From NCBI GenBank assembly GCA_051362555.1, contig CM120640.1:53856788-53920787 (forward strand): a stretch of 64,000 bases of DNA, read 5' to 3'. Source of the DNA: Lingula anatina. Lineage: Eukaryota > Animalia > Brachiopoda. A program made the position numbers and the translations under genes. Numbering within the stretch: position 1 is the stretch's first letter; every line of letters starts with the position of its first letter. This document shows positions 13,501 to 27,600 of this stretch, piece by piece. The notes beneath the pieces are model-generated. The model was not told the origin of the DNA, ran no database searches, and was given only the letters and a program-made list of their open reading frames with translations.

Positions 13501-16500
13501 CACCACACAGCAATTGTTATGGTAATAGTAGTACTATATAACAGACCACCAAAAAAAGCACATGCTAAAGCATCCTGGCACTTCCCCAAAGTTCAGAATG
13601 AAGCTTGTTTCCATAGAGATACAAGACAAAAGCACATGACATTACCAGCAGGCTCTGTACCTTCGCTTGGAAGGCCTGGAGGAGGTGATAACAGCGCCGG
13701 CCTTGGCCGAGGGTGGGGACCCCTCCATTGTCACCAAGCTGTGGCGAGGTGAGGTCAGACACACGCCACTGTCAGACTGGGTGGAGTCCACACTGCCCAG
13801 CTTGGCTGCAAACAACAAAACTATGAAATCAAAAATGATAACCATCCAACATTCAGCCTTTTCTTATAATACACAAATAAGGACATCTCACCTTAATTTG
13901 GCTTGCAGCATATATAATATCATACACATTTACACTGCCACAATTAAAGTGTTCTAAGTGAGAAGAATCAGCCAATCTTCAACATCCCTTAATCAGACCA
14001 GAATGTTAATGTTTTTTCTTTAATCATGTCAGAAAAATAAGGGTGTTGCTTTATATATATTAGATATCTTTTGGATGAAAGAAATGTCCCATTCCAAAGA
14101 GAAAAGACAAATATTCATCTAGAGTTGCATACAAATCTGCATAACATGAAATGCAGAATAATTTTTCTTTTATTACCATACCTTTTGGCTTTTGGGGAGA
14201 TATAATACTAGGGGAAGAGAAACTATATATGATGGGGGATGATGCTCTCTTCAATTTAGGGCTAGCAACTGGAGACGTAGCCTGCGGGGATGCCCCAGTG
14301 ACTGGGGAGGAGGATCGCCTCAATTTTGGACTGGCTTGTGGTACATTCAATGGAGAAGTTGGTCTACGCAGCACTGCTGCTATGGTTGCAAGAGGAATTG
14401 ACAGTGGTGATGAACTGCGAACTGGGGATGGTTTTCGACCCATTTTAGGGCTTGCACTAGGAGAACGTTGCTGCTCTATCTTTTCTCCAGTCTCCTTCTC
14501 CTTTTCTTTTTCCTTCTCCTTCTGGTCTGAACGACTAATTCGGAAACTTTCCGGAATGCTTATGGACACAATCCTATTAGGAGTTCTCTGTGGTATGGGG
14601 GTAAAGGCACTATAGCCTAGTTTAGTTGGGCTGTCAGAGAGCGAGTCCCCATTAGAACCTGGGGTCAGAGTCCCCGAGTTTGTACTATGAGACCATGAAG
14701 AGACATTGTCTAGTCCTCCTGTTAATGTATCTGAGGACTGCGACAGGTTGGGATCAGTAGGGACCTGCAGTGTGTAACTGTCTGATGATGACTCTCCTGG
14801 GAAATGTCCTAGCCTTAGTCGTGTCATTGAAGTGGGTGACACTGGAGACAGGGCACCAGGAAAATCAGACAAGGTCTCACAGGAGGCTATCGGAGCCAGT
14901 TTTCTCTTGGGAGGAAACAGAAGTCCTGTCACCTCTGTGCTGGTGGGGGTACTGCCTTTCTCACTGTCCGTGGAAGAGTCTTCCTTCTCTTCTAGGAAAT
15001 TAGAAAAAAAATTGAATAAATAAAATTTTTGCTCATTAGAGCTAAGCTTTTTTTCACAAGCAAATATGTTATTATTGTAAAAATCATAATTCTTATTAAA
15101 TCGTGCAGAAATATTTTTAGCTTGAATCTTTTTCAAACACACTGATGTTTCATCATGCATTCAAGTTTCAGTCTGCATATACAGGATTTCCTTTCAAGAC
15201 TGCAAACTTTTTCTCTCATTTATCTAAATACAGCATCCATAAAAGTATCCATCAATATAAACTGCTGCATCAAGGATGCTCCCCAGCAATTTAGATTTTC
15301 CTCCTTTATCACCTTGCGGTTTTTCTTCAGCACCAGTGACCTCTATCTTCATGCTCCCAGTGCTGATACGGCGTGGCTTCTCAGGCTGGGGGCGGATGAA
15401 CTGTTTTGCATCAGGGGTACTATTGCGACTAGATGTGCTCACTGGGGGAGTGTCTGCAGGGTTCGGTTGAAAAACATCAGAATCCATGCTCCTGGAAATA
15501 AGAATGTAAAAGATTAAAAAATTTAGGAAAATATGACAATATAATTTAAAATAGTGCTTCAAGGCTGCTTTTAACTGAAATTCAAATCTAAAGATGTCAT
15601 AAGTTACTTGACAGGCATACAGTTTAACTAGCTTTTTCCGTAGTAGCTTTTACAACCATGCTTATTTAATTTTATATCGACAAAAAATCATATAAGAGAA
15701 GTATCAATGAGCTTGAAACTATCTAGGGTTCAAGTCAGCTGTATAACTGTAGGCTTCAGAGGATTGCTCTGAAGATGTAATTCACATATGTACATGTGTA
15801 TCCATATAACAGGGTTACTGAAAGCTACATGTACATGTTAATAAATACCATATCACTATTCAGCAGGATTATTTGTTATAAATAAATTAGCTGATGAAAC
15901 CAAATAAAAATAGGTTTAATGGGTTTTAACATACTTCTTGATGGTTAAATGTCTACATTTGCATATTGAATTGATACAATTTTGAGTTACCCATTAGAAT
16001 AAGTAGAATGCTCAAATCAACATACAATAAATAAAACCTCTCTTTCAAAGAATAGCAGAAATCATGTTCCCAAAGCTGGTTAGACTTTTCTACAGTTCTA
16101 ATAAAACAATGCACCCCAAACTAAAAATCGTTATTTGTTGGTATTATCAACGTAAATTCACATGTAAAACTATTGGAATCTGCCAAGCATAACACCACTC
16201 ATTTTTACCATGAATCTGCTTCACGAATCTTGATGTGTCGTCTCCTAAAACATAATGTCAAGTTTTTTTTTCTTGAAAACAAAGCATGAAATATCATCAC
16301 AAATCAATTTTTAATTCAGATCATGTCTTCTGTGCAAGAAGTGAAGACAAAAACAAATCCTACAATGAAACTGTTGTGTCAGGAATAAACCACATAAGGT
16401 AAAATCCCAAGTCTTTTCAAAGTGTACATGAAGAAGTGTATTCCTGGTTAGCTAAATAAATTGCTGGAACTCATTAAATACAAAACAGGATAAAAGTGTG

Positions 16501-19500
16501 TAAAGTGCTTGTGCAAGTGCCTGTACTTTATAACTGGTTTTTCGCAAATTACAGTAGGATAACCTAATTAGTTGTCTACAGAAGAGTGCGAGAGTGTATG
16601 GTAATTTAGTTAACTAATTAAGTTAACTATGTATTTTGTATAAACATATGTAAAAACTAATAGCATATAGATGCTGTGAAATGTAATTTGTAAACATTTG
16701 AGTGCTATATAAATTATTAAATTAAATGTTAAAAAAGGAATCCATATTACCCTATTAGTGCTTTTTATTAGTTTTCCATTTAAATCGCTCCAGACAAACA
16801 GACTGGAATAATATTTTTCATTTCAAACCCCTCTCCTCATCCTCCAAAAATCAAAGAAGCAAATAACTCAATAAATCAACAAAAATCTCATCATTATCAT
16901 GGGTAACTTACTGTGCTTGTAAGGAAGCTGGGGCCATGCCAGAGCCTTCAATACCTCCACACTCAGGGTTCTTGTAGACCTTCTTCAGGGCTTCCAGCAC
17001 AGCATCTCCATTGGTGAACACCCTGTAGGTCAGGAGGAATGTGTTCACAAAATCTATGCTGAGAAACCTGAGATCTGTCAGACGCTCTAGCAGCTTATCC
17101 ACCGATGCATGGCGGATCTAAAAAAAAAAAGGCATGTACTGAACAATCTGATGTTAAAGATCATTTGGTTTTATTTGTTATAACTTCTGAACATTTCAGA
17201 AGTCCTTTCTGTATTGGATAACATGACATTAACTTGAAATCCAATGCAATCTTAGTTTTAATCCCAAACTTTAACTTGAAGTTAGAACTGATTTGCTGGC
17301 CTATGACCAATGTGTATAATGCCACTTACTGCAATATCTATCATACACAGAACCTTAATCATACCTGAGGAACTTTGCAAGAGTTGAGAGTTCTGCTGAA
17401 TTTGATATCAATGTCATCCCTGAAGAGCTTGGGGTCAGACCTAAACAAAATCATTTATAGAAGCAACATAAAATCCCAAAAGCAAAAGATTTTTTTGCTA
17501 TGACAAGCTAGCAAAACAGTGCTTGTCCAGAAAGCTGAGGTTCAGAATTGATTTTCACTGCTTTGATTAATGAATTTATTCTTTCACCCAAAAGGGCTGG
17601 CGGTGTTCAACTGTGAGGAAAACACGGCAATAACGAAGTGTGAACATGTGCCATTCTCTTTCATATTGGAACTCAATAGAAACTTAAATGAAATTCTATT
17701 TAAAATAAATAGAAGAAAAGCCATGTGGTTTTCAGATAATCATATTGCAGCTGGAGTAACTATATGAAAACTGATAAAAATATAATTTAACAATCAACTG
17801 ATTATAATTTCACTGAACACCTGCACAGCTGACATTTTTGCAAGCAATACAATAGAACATGAAAATGCATGATGTGACAATAAACTAATGTCAAATGGCA
17901 GAAAAAGAAAGTGAAATTATAAACTCTACACAAAACTGTAATAATGAGAACTACAAACATTTCTACAAATGTACAGTTTTGAGAAATAAAAAGGTTTGAT
18001 ACTTCATAAAATTAAAATATCTTAACAATATATTTACTTGAAAAAAAAAAAAAAACATCAAACCCAAAAACACAAATGTAATATAACTGTAAGCAAGCAA
18101 CACAATAATGTTAGCGTTAGCTCAGTTTTCATGCACATGAAATAATTATTAATATATTCAAAGATTATCTTTTCAAGGAAAATCACTAAAGTTAAATATA
18201 TGCAAGTTATGGTTTCTATTTTTATAAATAGGTGACCAGAGATTTACCATTCACTGCCCCATGCCTTACACTGGCTGGCTTTTAGGTATAATGTATATAC
18301 AAATAATGGTAAACAACAATTTTGTACTATGGTTGCCAGAGAAAATGCATGCCTAAATTCCTTTGTTCAAAAATTCCATGCTGCTGTTAGATGCAATGGC
18401 TGTTTTTAATCCACTATATATCTAATTAATACTAAACATATTTATGGTGGGAGTACCTTGGTTTTACCAAAATTTGCTTTTTTAGGCTTTTAGTCATCCT
18501 ATGTGTTAACACTTAAACTTACATCAAAAAGAAAGAAATCTATACCATGTTTGAAAAAAGCTTCTTTTAATTAATCAATTGATAATCTATTTAAGGCAGA
18601 GTATAAAATCTGTTGCAAATAGGTGTATATATATATCTTGCTATACATGATGTGAGATAGCATCTAAACAAGAACATTTGACCATGGCACTCCAGTTATG
18701 ATTCTAAGCTATCATTCATATTGCCTCTGTTTTGAAATTTTTGTTCTAAACCATATGAGATACTATTTTGCATTTTTAGTGGTTGGGAAAGAATATGTGG
18801 AAAACAGATGTGTCCACTGTTTTAGTTCAGTCTTTTATGTCAGATAAATGAGCCACAGAAGACAGAAAACCAATGAAGAATGGGCCTTTTTAAATCCTTA
18901 ACAATTGAAGCATATTCTTAAATACACATGGAAGATTTAAGATATCATGGATTTAAACTAAACTGTTAGCTGCTCTGGGGGACAGAAATCTCTGCAACCG
19001 AAAATGGCATTATTACCCTCAAAATGTGTCTATAACGTAATCCAAAAAATTGTGGAAAATGGCTTTTAGTAAAAATGTAAATATGAAGTATGGAAGATTT
19101 TTTGCTCTGCTCGCATATTTAGTGTTATAAAATTGTATATCTTCTTGTATATCTGAAATAAATACTACTAATACTTTAGGTATCCACCTTTAACATGAAT
19201 ATTAGCAGGTTGGGAAGAGGGGTACAGGGATTAAAGTTGATTAATTAATACTAGGACATAAAATATCTTTATTTTCTATCCTAGATTAATATCACTTTGG
19301 AGCTTATGGTAAATAATTGGTCACCTTTAAATCAAAACCTAAAACCACCTGAGCAGAAATACGAAATTAATACGGAATATTTTGGAAGAAGTGAGAATTA
19401 AACAGATCTCTGCACACTGCTTCTTATCTGACATAGACATATACTTTTTAACATTCCACTTTCCTGATATTTCTGCTCAGAACATTCTTCCTGCTACATA

Positions 19501-21641
19501 AGACATTCAGTTTTTCACTACAGTTCGACTTGTCTGTGTACCTTTGAACCCTTAACTGATACTTCACTCCTAAGTATCAGGATACCAGGATACTTCAACA
19601 TTAAAGAATAGTTATCTATGAATACCACACACAAAGTAGAAAAAAGATATCAAACTAGCTATATGCAGCTGTCCCCACATTTATAACCTCTTCTTTCTGT
19701 CATTAAGATTTTGATACATAACAATTATTATCTTCTCAAAAGGTCATAATTTTCTTTTATCTCTTTCTGTTGTACATTCCCTTTGATATCAATCACATCT
19801 TTTGAAGAAATAGGTCTCAAATAAAATGACACATTTTCTTTTTTTCAGTTAATTCTAAAAGAAGTTCCAAATCCATTTTGGCCCACCTTTATGAAGTTTG
19901 CAAATCATAAACTGCACAAAATGCTACAGTAAGCATAATTTTGAATAAATGACAAAATATGATCTTGGAAGCCAAAAAATCTTCCAAATAAATTTCTCGG
20001 ACAGTAAGAAGCAAGGCCATAGGGTATTAACATTACTTTCAATACATATTAGAATGATGGTCAATATTTCACATCTACCAAATCTCCTAAATTATTCAAT
20101 TCAAAGATCAGAAGACTCATCATGCAAGAGGGATTTTGATTTAAATAAGTGATCATGGCAAAAGCTACAAGAGAATTCAAAGAACATATAATATCACACC
20201 TGTGATGTCAGCAAGAGCCTGACATTATTATGAAAGGCACACACACTCATACACACACGCACTCATACACACATCAACACACGAGATCTAATACTCACTC
20301 ACCATATCTGAGTGCTGTGAATGTACCTGGCGCCATGCAATAAAGCGGTTCTTTGATTAATTCAAGTTGTGGTGAATAAATAGTGAATGGTGCACTACTA
20401 CAAGATCACTGCTACGGGAGTGTTCAGATAGTCGAGAGGTAGTTTTAAAGCAGAGAGGTTAAAACATTTGTTAGTTGCTAACCAAGAATTGCCACTTGTG
20501 CACAGCTCTAATCTACTGACCATAGATATTAAACTCAATACAATTTAGACCATTTTATCTCAAAATTTCAATTGTTCATACTTTACAGGTACCCTCTCAA
20601 TGGTATATTCTTATATTCTTTACTCTTATATTAATACTTAGCAAGTGGTATCAGCAAGCTGCTTTTTAAGCACCATATCAGTAGCTGCTGTTTATTTGAC
20701 TTCATATATTTATGCAGTTAATTGTAAGTCCATCAATGACATGAATGATACAGAAAAAAAAACAAGAAAGGAAATTTTGTTTAAATTCGGGGAAATTTTC
20801 CAAATTTAACAGTATAATTTCTGGACTAAAAGATTTTCCTTTCTTGTCCTTTACATAACAAGTATATGGATTAGTAAAACATATATCCGTATATGGAGAA
20901 TTAAAACAAGAATGAGGAACAATTATATCTACACTTCAAAAGATAAAGAAATGGTTAAAAGATAACAAGATGCAGTTATATTAATTCTGAAGTTAAAAGA
21001 AGTTGGAAGAAAAAAACAGTATAAAGAGCATGCACAGAGACTTGTTGAATTTTTAAAAGTCCCACTCGAATAAGAAGTAAATACAAGATTAAAGGCCAAT
21101 TCCACTTTTCTGCCTTTAAGGAAATCAGTAAGTAAGAAGTAAGATAATAAAAATCCTGTGGGATGGATATATATCTATGAGACTGAGAAAAAGAAAGCTT
21201 AGAAAGACTTAAGAATTAGATTCTATAATTAACAACACCCGATTTTCTCTAAAATTCCCATTACTATATAATTCAAGATATTTGGTTCAAGCTTCTTCTT
21301 ATTGATACTATGTAGACATCTAATCAATCTCTAAACTGTTTTTGGAACTCAAAATGATTTTTGTAAGAATAATGACAAAAACGTTTCTCATGCAATTTTC
21401 AAGTAAATGTAAAAGTATAAGTCAGATCTCTTAATAGCCCAAGATAAAGTTCCAGATATAAAGAAGTGTTAATCAAGAGTAAAGAGGTAATCTTAAAGTT
21501 TGTAACTTGATAGCATATAATTTGTTGATCTGTAAATTGGGTCTTTTTTCATGCAGGGTTAATATTTTTCTCAAATTCAATCAAGAGATGAAAAAAAAGC
21601 TCTGAAAATGATTTCTCAAGAAGATTGTTGGCAATGACATC

Positions 21642-21672
<31 letters not shown>

Positions 21673-24600
21673 CTAAGACAAGCAAACCATGCATATGCAG
21701 ATATATGCATTATAAATGAATCTGACTTGGCATCTAAAACATGAGAGTGAAGTATACAAAACCTTATTCTTAGAGATATTCCAGAAGCTTACCTCACAGA
21801 CTGTGGCATGGTGACTGAGGAAGTGTCACTCATGGAGCTGTTCAGTAGATCACTGTAGTGCAGGTTTTCTATGCACTGAAGTATATACAATTCCATTAGA
21901 ATAAATGATGTGTGTGTGTGCATGGGCACATGTGCATGCGTGCCATGCCTGTGTGTATGTGTTGATAAAGATATAGCAATGTCACATTCTTTGTTTGTCT
22001 AGTATGTCTTTACATAATAAAAAAATGGAAATTTTAATTATTTGACTGGAATATTGTTCAATATTTCAAATAAGTAAAAATATAAGCAAAAAAATGCTTA
22101 GCACAAAAAAAGCTTCACACTCTACCTGACTAATGTCACTACACCATGCCGCCTTGTCCTGTAGGGAGGATGCCACCAGTGTTATGGTCATGGGTGGGCC
22201 ACTCTTGGAGTCCACTATTATCTTGAAATCCAATCCCTTGTAGTCTATGGAGAGTTTCTTGTCAGAGTAGGATTCATTTGGTGTACTCAGAGTATTGCTG
22301 CCTGGCAGGTTATTCAAGCTTTCCATAGAAGAGGCTGAAAAAATTAAAGAAAATCAAAAGAAAAAGAATGATTTGAAAAAAAATATGTTTCAAGTTTAAA
22401 TGGTGGAATGTTTATCTTATCAAACAAAGAAATATTATCATACATATAGATGTTATGTGGCTTGAAAATAACTTTAAATCTTTTTAACTAGGCTGTTATT
22501 TTGTTCGACAAAAATACATATATAAAGAGACAACTACTCTGCAAAAACACGTACAATAAGCTCACATTGGTCTGAAAGTTATCACCAAATCAAAAAACAA
22601 ACATACCAACTGCACAAAAATGTGCAATAAACATTCCCAATAACTTTCAAACAATGAGGTCATAATATACATCCTTATTTCAATCAAATCCACAATTTGT
22701 ATCTTTATACATAAAACAAGTAAAATGAAAACATCTTCAGCACTGGGCAATGTATTTTAGTGTGCATGTGCCTAGCAACATTCATACCCTCATCATCAAA
22801 GAAGAAGATGTCCGAGTTGGAGTCCTCCACCAATGTGCAGTCAATCAGAGGTATTTTGCCATAGTTCTATAATAAATCAATGTCAAATATAAGTGTTGTA
22901 TTAAGGTCAATTTAAACAATAGTGTACCCCAAGAGGGTAGACAACTTGTAAGTTTGCATGCTTCTTATTTCAAAATCTTTCAACTCCTCATTTTTTTCTC
23001 ATTCTTTTGTTTGAAGTTAGAACTTTCATTTTACTGGCTATCGATTATATAACTATACATACACAGATATTCCTCAAGGGTTAAATCAAATAAGACAGCA
23101 TAAGTGAAGAATGTGAGATGCAAAAAGCTTCGGGGAAAATTGTACTTACATTCAAGCTCCTTACCTTTGCAAGGTGTAGTCTTCCATTGGATGCTCTGGA
23201 CGTTATCAGCAGATGATTTGTGAACAGGAACACTTGGCGTACCGTCTCTTTCTTGCTTTCTTTAAAAGAAGAGCTAAATGACCCCAGACGACCTCTATTG
23301 GGTTTCACCTTCTCTGTCATTACTTGCAGGAGACAACCTGAGGAAGTGGAATTGCAGTAAAGCTCATAATGTATAAGCCTTAGGTGATTTAATAAAAACA
23401 ACATTGAGCCCAACCACGGGTTTGTTAATCAACTGCACAAAGTCCTCCCTATTCTTAACTCATATAAATGTCATACCACCATGAATAAGGAAATAATTTG
23501 TTGTGATTTCTGCAGATATCATTATTTCTTGACAGGCGAAAATTTCATACGGAAAGTTAATTTAAAAGTAAACAAACAAGGAATTACCAGAGTTCGAGTC
23601 CTAACATAATGAAAAAATATTCATGTTTGGTTATGGTAACACCAAATCCACCATATTTTTGTTATAAGCACTATGTAATACAGCCAAAATGCATAAGTTA
23701 CTGTATATTCTGAAACTAAAATCTATTCCTGTGATCTCAATTTTTTTAATTCATTTGCCTAATTTTTTTTCTATCATATGTGCATACCTTGCCTTACAAA
23801 GGTCTGGTTGACATCTAATAAAATATCACAGCCTTCAATTATCATCCGTTCTATTGCCAGATTCTTACGGATGTTCTCTGTTTCACTGACTTCATCATGC
23901 ATCACCTAGAGTAGAGAAAAAAGCATATATTAATGTAAGGGATAACCCCAAAACAATATTTTTCTATAGGAGTTACAGTAATCCTCTAAGTTTATTTTGG
24001 CTAAAACAGGTACCCTCTCAATGGTATATGCTCATGTTCTGATGAATATTTACATCAAAAAATGTTGAGGTTAAATTCAGAAATTTTTCCCTTAGGCTTC
24101 AGCCTAGCCCCAACTCTGATCTAATGGCTTTGACCTTGTAAGGTCATAATGCCTACCCTGACTTGCTGGCTTTAACAAAGAAAAGTTAAGTAAATGGCTT
24201 AAAGTACACAGACTGAAACAGACAAATATAACATAGGAATTAATAATCAAGAATTGATAGGATGATGGCACATTGGTTCTGTAAAAACAACTAATCCTGT
24301 ATATTTAGAATCAAGCAAAACAGGGTTGACAGCCTACCCTTGATAATTCCTCCAACTTCCCCTTGGCATATTCTAAACTTTTTCTTTCCACATGGTCATG
24401 CGGAGTATGAGCAAGCAAGTCATGAAGTGTGACAATGTAGCGAGGTATCTAAGAAAAAATAGTGTACAAATAACACTGAATGGCATCAAGATTGGTAAAG
24501 GTTAATTGCGCTTAAACTATACTCAAAGAAGCACATAAATAATTTGCATATTCTTTTCTAATTTTCATAAATTTCTAATTGTGTTGGCTCATTGTTAATA

Positions 24601-27600
24601 TTCATTTATTTGGTTCAAATTCAGTTTTACTTTAGCTGAATCTGTACAAAAAAAAAAAAAAAAGCTTTCTGCAGCATGCTAATTAAATCATTAATTTGAA
24701 GAAACTAATTTTTAATCTGAAACCTTTAATTTACTGCAGAGAAACTGCTTGAAATTTCTAAGGCTAGAACACAGATACTCTTTTTCATCTCAAGTTTGAA
24801 AACCTTTACAAATTACAAAGATTAAAGATAAAATACTGCCAATTTATCTTTATTCAAATCAATCTGATCTATTTTATAACAACAGGTGCTTACTTGGTGC
24901 ATAGGATATGTGAGAAAAGTTTCGAGAGACCTCCCTTCACATGGTGGTTTCTCCTCGTAACGTTTAAGAAGTGTGCTAAACTCCAGTTTCTGTTTGTACT
25001 CTGCCAGCACCTGTAGACTGTAATGGTGGTTGCGTACATATTCCTGGTAAATTCCCAGCATTGGGAGGAGCATATCAAACAGATCACCTGGAATGATGGA
25101 GATGAATAACTCATAATTCTTATGAAAAAAATTTGACTCTCATCAATGTCATATTACTACTTTCTTTTGACATTTTCATATTAAAAGTTACAATGTATAA
25201 CATATAAACAGCTATTTAGTTCATGTTTAAGCAAGAAGTCAAGAATTAGAATTACCCTGATTAATAAGCAGTGATTATTGAAACACAGTAGCATTATGAT
25301 TTGATGTGGTTGTCTTACCAAGTACTAAAGTAGGCCAGTTCTCCATTCTTGCACAAAGACCCTTCATGAAGATCTGGTGCAGAAACAATACTGTTTCACT
25401 GCAATAGAAAGTGATAGAAAGTAAAACTATTATTTTATGTACAATAGTAAAACATTTTAGAAATGATGGGTCATAAGTACAGCTTTTCCACTGCTGCAGA
25501 GGTGACAGTTCTGATAGCTACATGCATGGACAAACCACTGCCAATTGTCAAAAAATCACCGTTCAATTTATTATCAAATTTGAAAGTTCTATAATTTAGC
25601 AATGGACCTTGAAACCAGCAGTTTAGATGATTCATGGTGAAATATTCAGAAATGTAGTGTGTTACACCATCTATACAGCACCTGTTCAGGAATATAGAAT
25701 TGACGTCTTCGTGAGTGATAGGTGGCTTTTTGGAGCTTGCTGCCATTTTCATTGGGCGCAGGAAACAAGATACTAAAGTGGAAAGTTGCTTGACATATTC
25801 CTCTTCTCCTTCCACCATCCCAAAAACAATGCTATTCCGCTTCCGCATCATTTCTGCATGCGGTGATCGAATATATTCCTCTACAATTTGTTTCCAACGT
25901 CTGCGGCAAAGCCATCCTCGGAAAAAACTTTGAACCTGATAACAGAAGAATAGGCATGCACTCATTGTCCCGACAGAAATATGCACAAAACTGAACATTT
26001 ACAACTCATAGCAATAAACTTTAATTGTGTGATTAAAGTAATTGAACTTTTTAGATGATTACACTTGCACTTCAATACCTAGCTTATTATTCTAGCATCA
26101 TAATAAACTAAGTTAAAGAAAACCATCAATGAAGTGATCATGACTGCTTTTAAGCTGTTGCAATGTATAATAACAGTTTACAATAGACAAATGATATCAA
26201 AGGCATAAGCTATAATTGTACTTGCATCAAAATATCAACTTTATACTACTACAGTAACCACAAAATGGTGGGTAACTCAAGATTACATGAGGTCATTATA
26301 CAAACCAACAGACTAATATGTGATGTGGTTACAGCATGATGGCAATAACTAAATAATAACAGGATGTTCATTATAATGATACATATAACAGAAATACCAC
26401 TATATTTACTGTGCAAGAAAGTAATACTAGCTGTGTCAAGAGCATACAATTTTAACATCAATCTGTATTGGCATAGCTACCAAAAAATACAGTGACATTT
26501 CTCCCATTTTATTTATAGTTATTAGTGCTTGTGCATGTGTATGCATGTACACGTGTTCATATGCCTACAGCGATGCATGTATGCACTTATACATGCCTGT
26601 GTAGCAATACATTTATGTGATATTGTATGCAATTGAATAGATAAAGCAGTGTATAATTTCATTCATTTGGATCATTAAAAATTAGCATTTGCAGTAACAC
26701 TTTGTTCCTGCAGCAAGGTGGCTTTTTAGATACATTACATTCACTTATTATTTCATTCACAGCAGATACTGAATAATGTCTGTGCACAATTCTGTGACCT
26801 TCTGAATTTTCCATGAAAAAATCAATACCATATTGTGTGTTGTTCATGTACCTGGCCTAGCTTTTCCCTGAACACAGATAATCAGTTTTATGCAGTTCTC
26901 ATAAACACCAGGGGGAAAACTAGAACTCTTCCACAATCAAATTTTGTGATATAAATGTTAATAATTATGTATAAAATTTGTATAAAAACACAAGAAGACA
27001 AAGATAACCTTATCCCTATTGTTCTGGGAGAATAAAGTAAATAGATGTTCATGTGCCACTTTGCTGCAGGCTGAAGACAAATATCCTCTATTTATGTCTC
27101 TTTCTCTAGATAGGCAAGATATGCAGGTGTCTGCAATAGATTCTACTGTAACCTAATTATCTAAGAATATACACATTTGTATATGAAGAGATTTCCCCTA
27201 GCAACAAACATGTAGCAGTAGAAAATGAAAAATTTCCAATACAAGTGTTGGAATTATTGGAATATAATTGAAACAGAATTCAACAGGTCCATAATATAAA
27301 TAGGCAGAAATTTACTCATATTTTACAGACCATATTCCATTGAACCTCGTGTGTCTGCACTGGTGTTTTCTAAACCAATTTCTATGCCTGAAAACAATTG
27401 CTTATGCATGTTAAATAATTTAACATAAAGCATCTTTGAATTAGCAGTCAGCCAAGAACCAAAGCACAGTCATTTCTATCAAAGGGATATTTTACAGATA
27501 GTCTTGTTGCAAGCCAGAACTGCAACAGTGGGTTTGATTTCCACACCAAGCCATAAAGACATGTGCATTAAAGCATGCTAGATCCACAGCAAGTGGTAAA

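Noticed and set aside
14151-15517. Plus-strand ORFs of 154, 77, 63, 120 and 64 aa
   Set aside because: Antisense shadows of the GC-richer RasGRF linker exons; no recognisable protein and no supporting exon chain
25471-25681. ORF read-through past the exon 5 donor
   Set aside because: Similarity to RasGRF stops at IFLN and resumes (SET..) in the next exon, so this is intronic read-through
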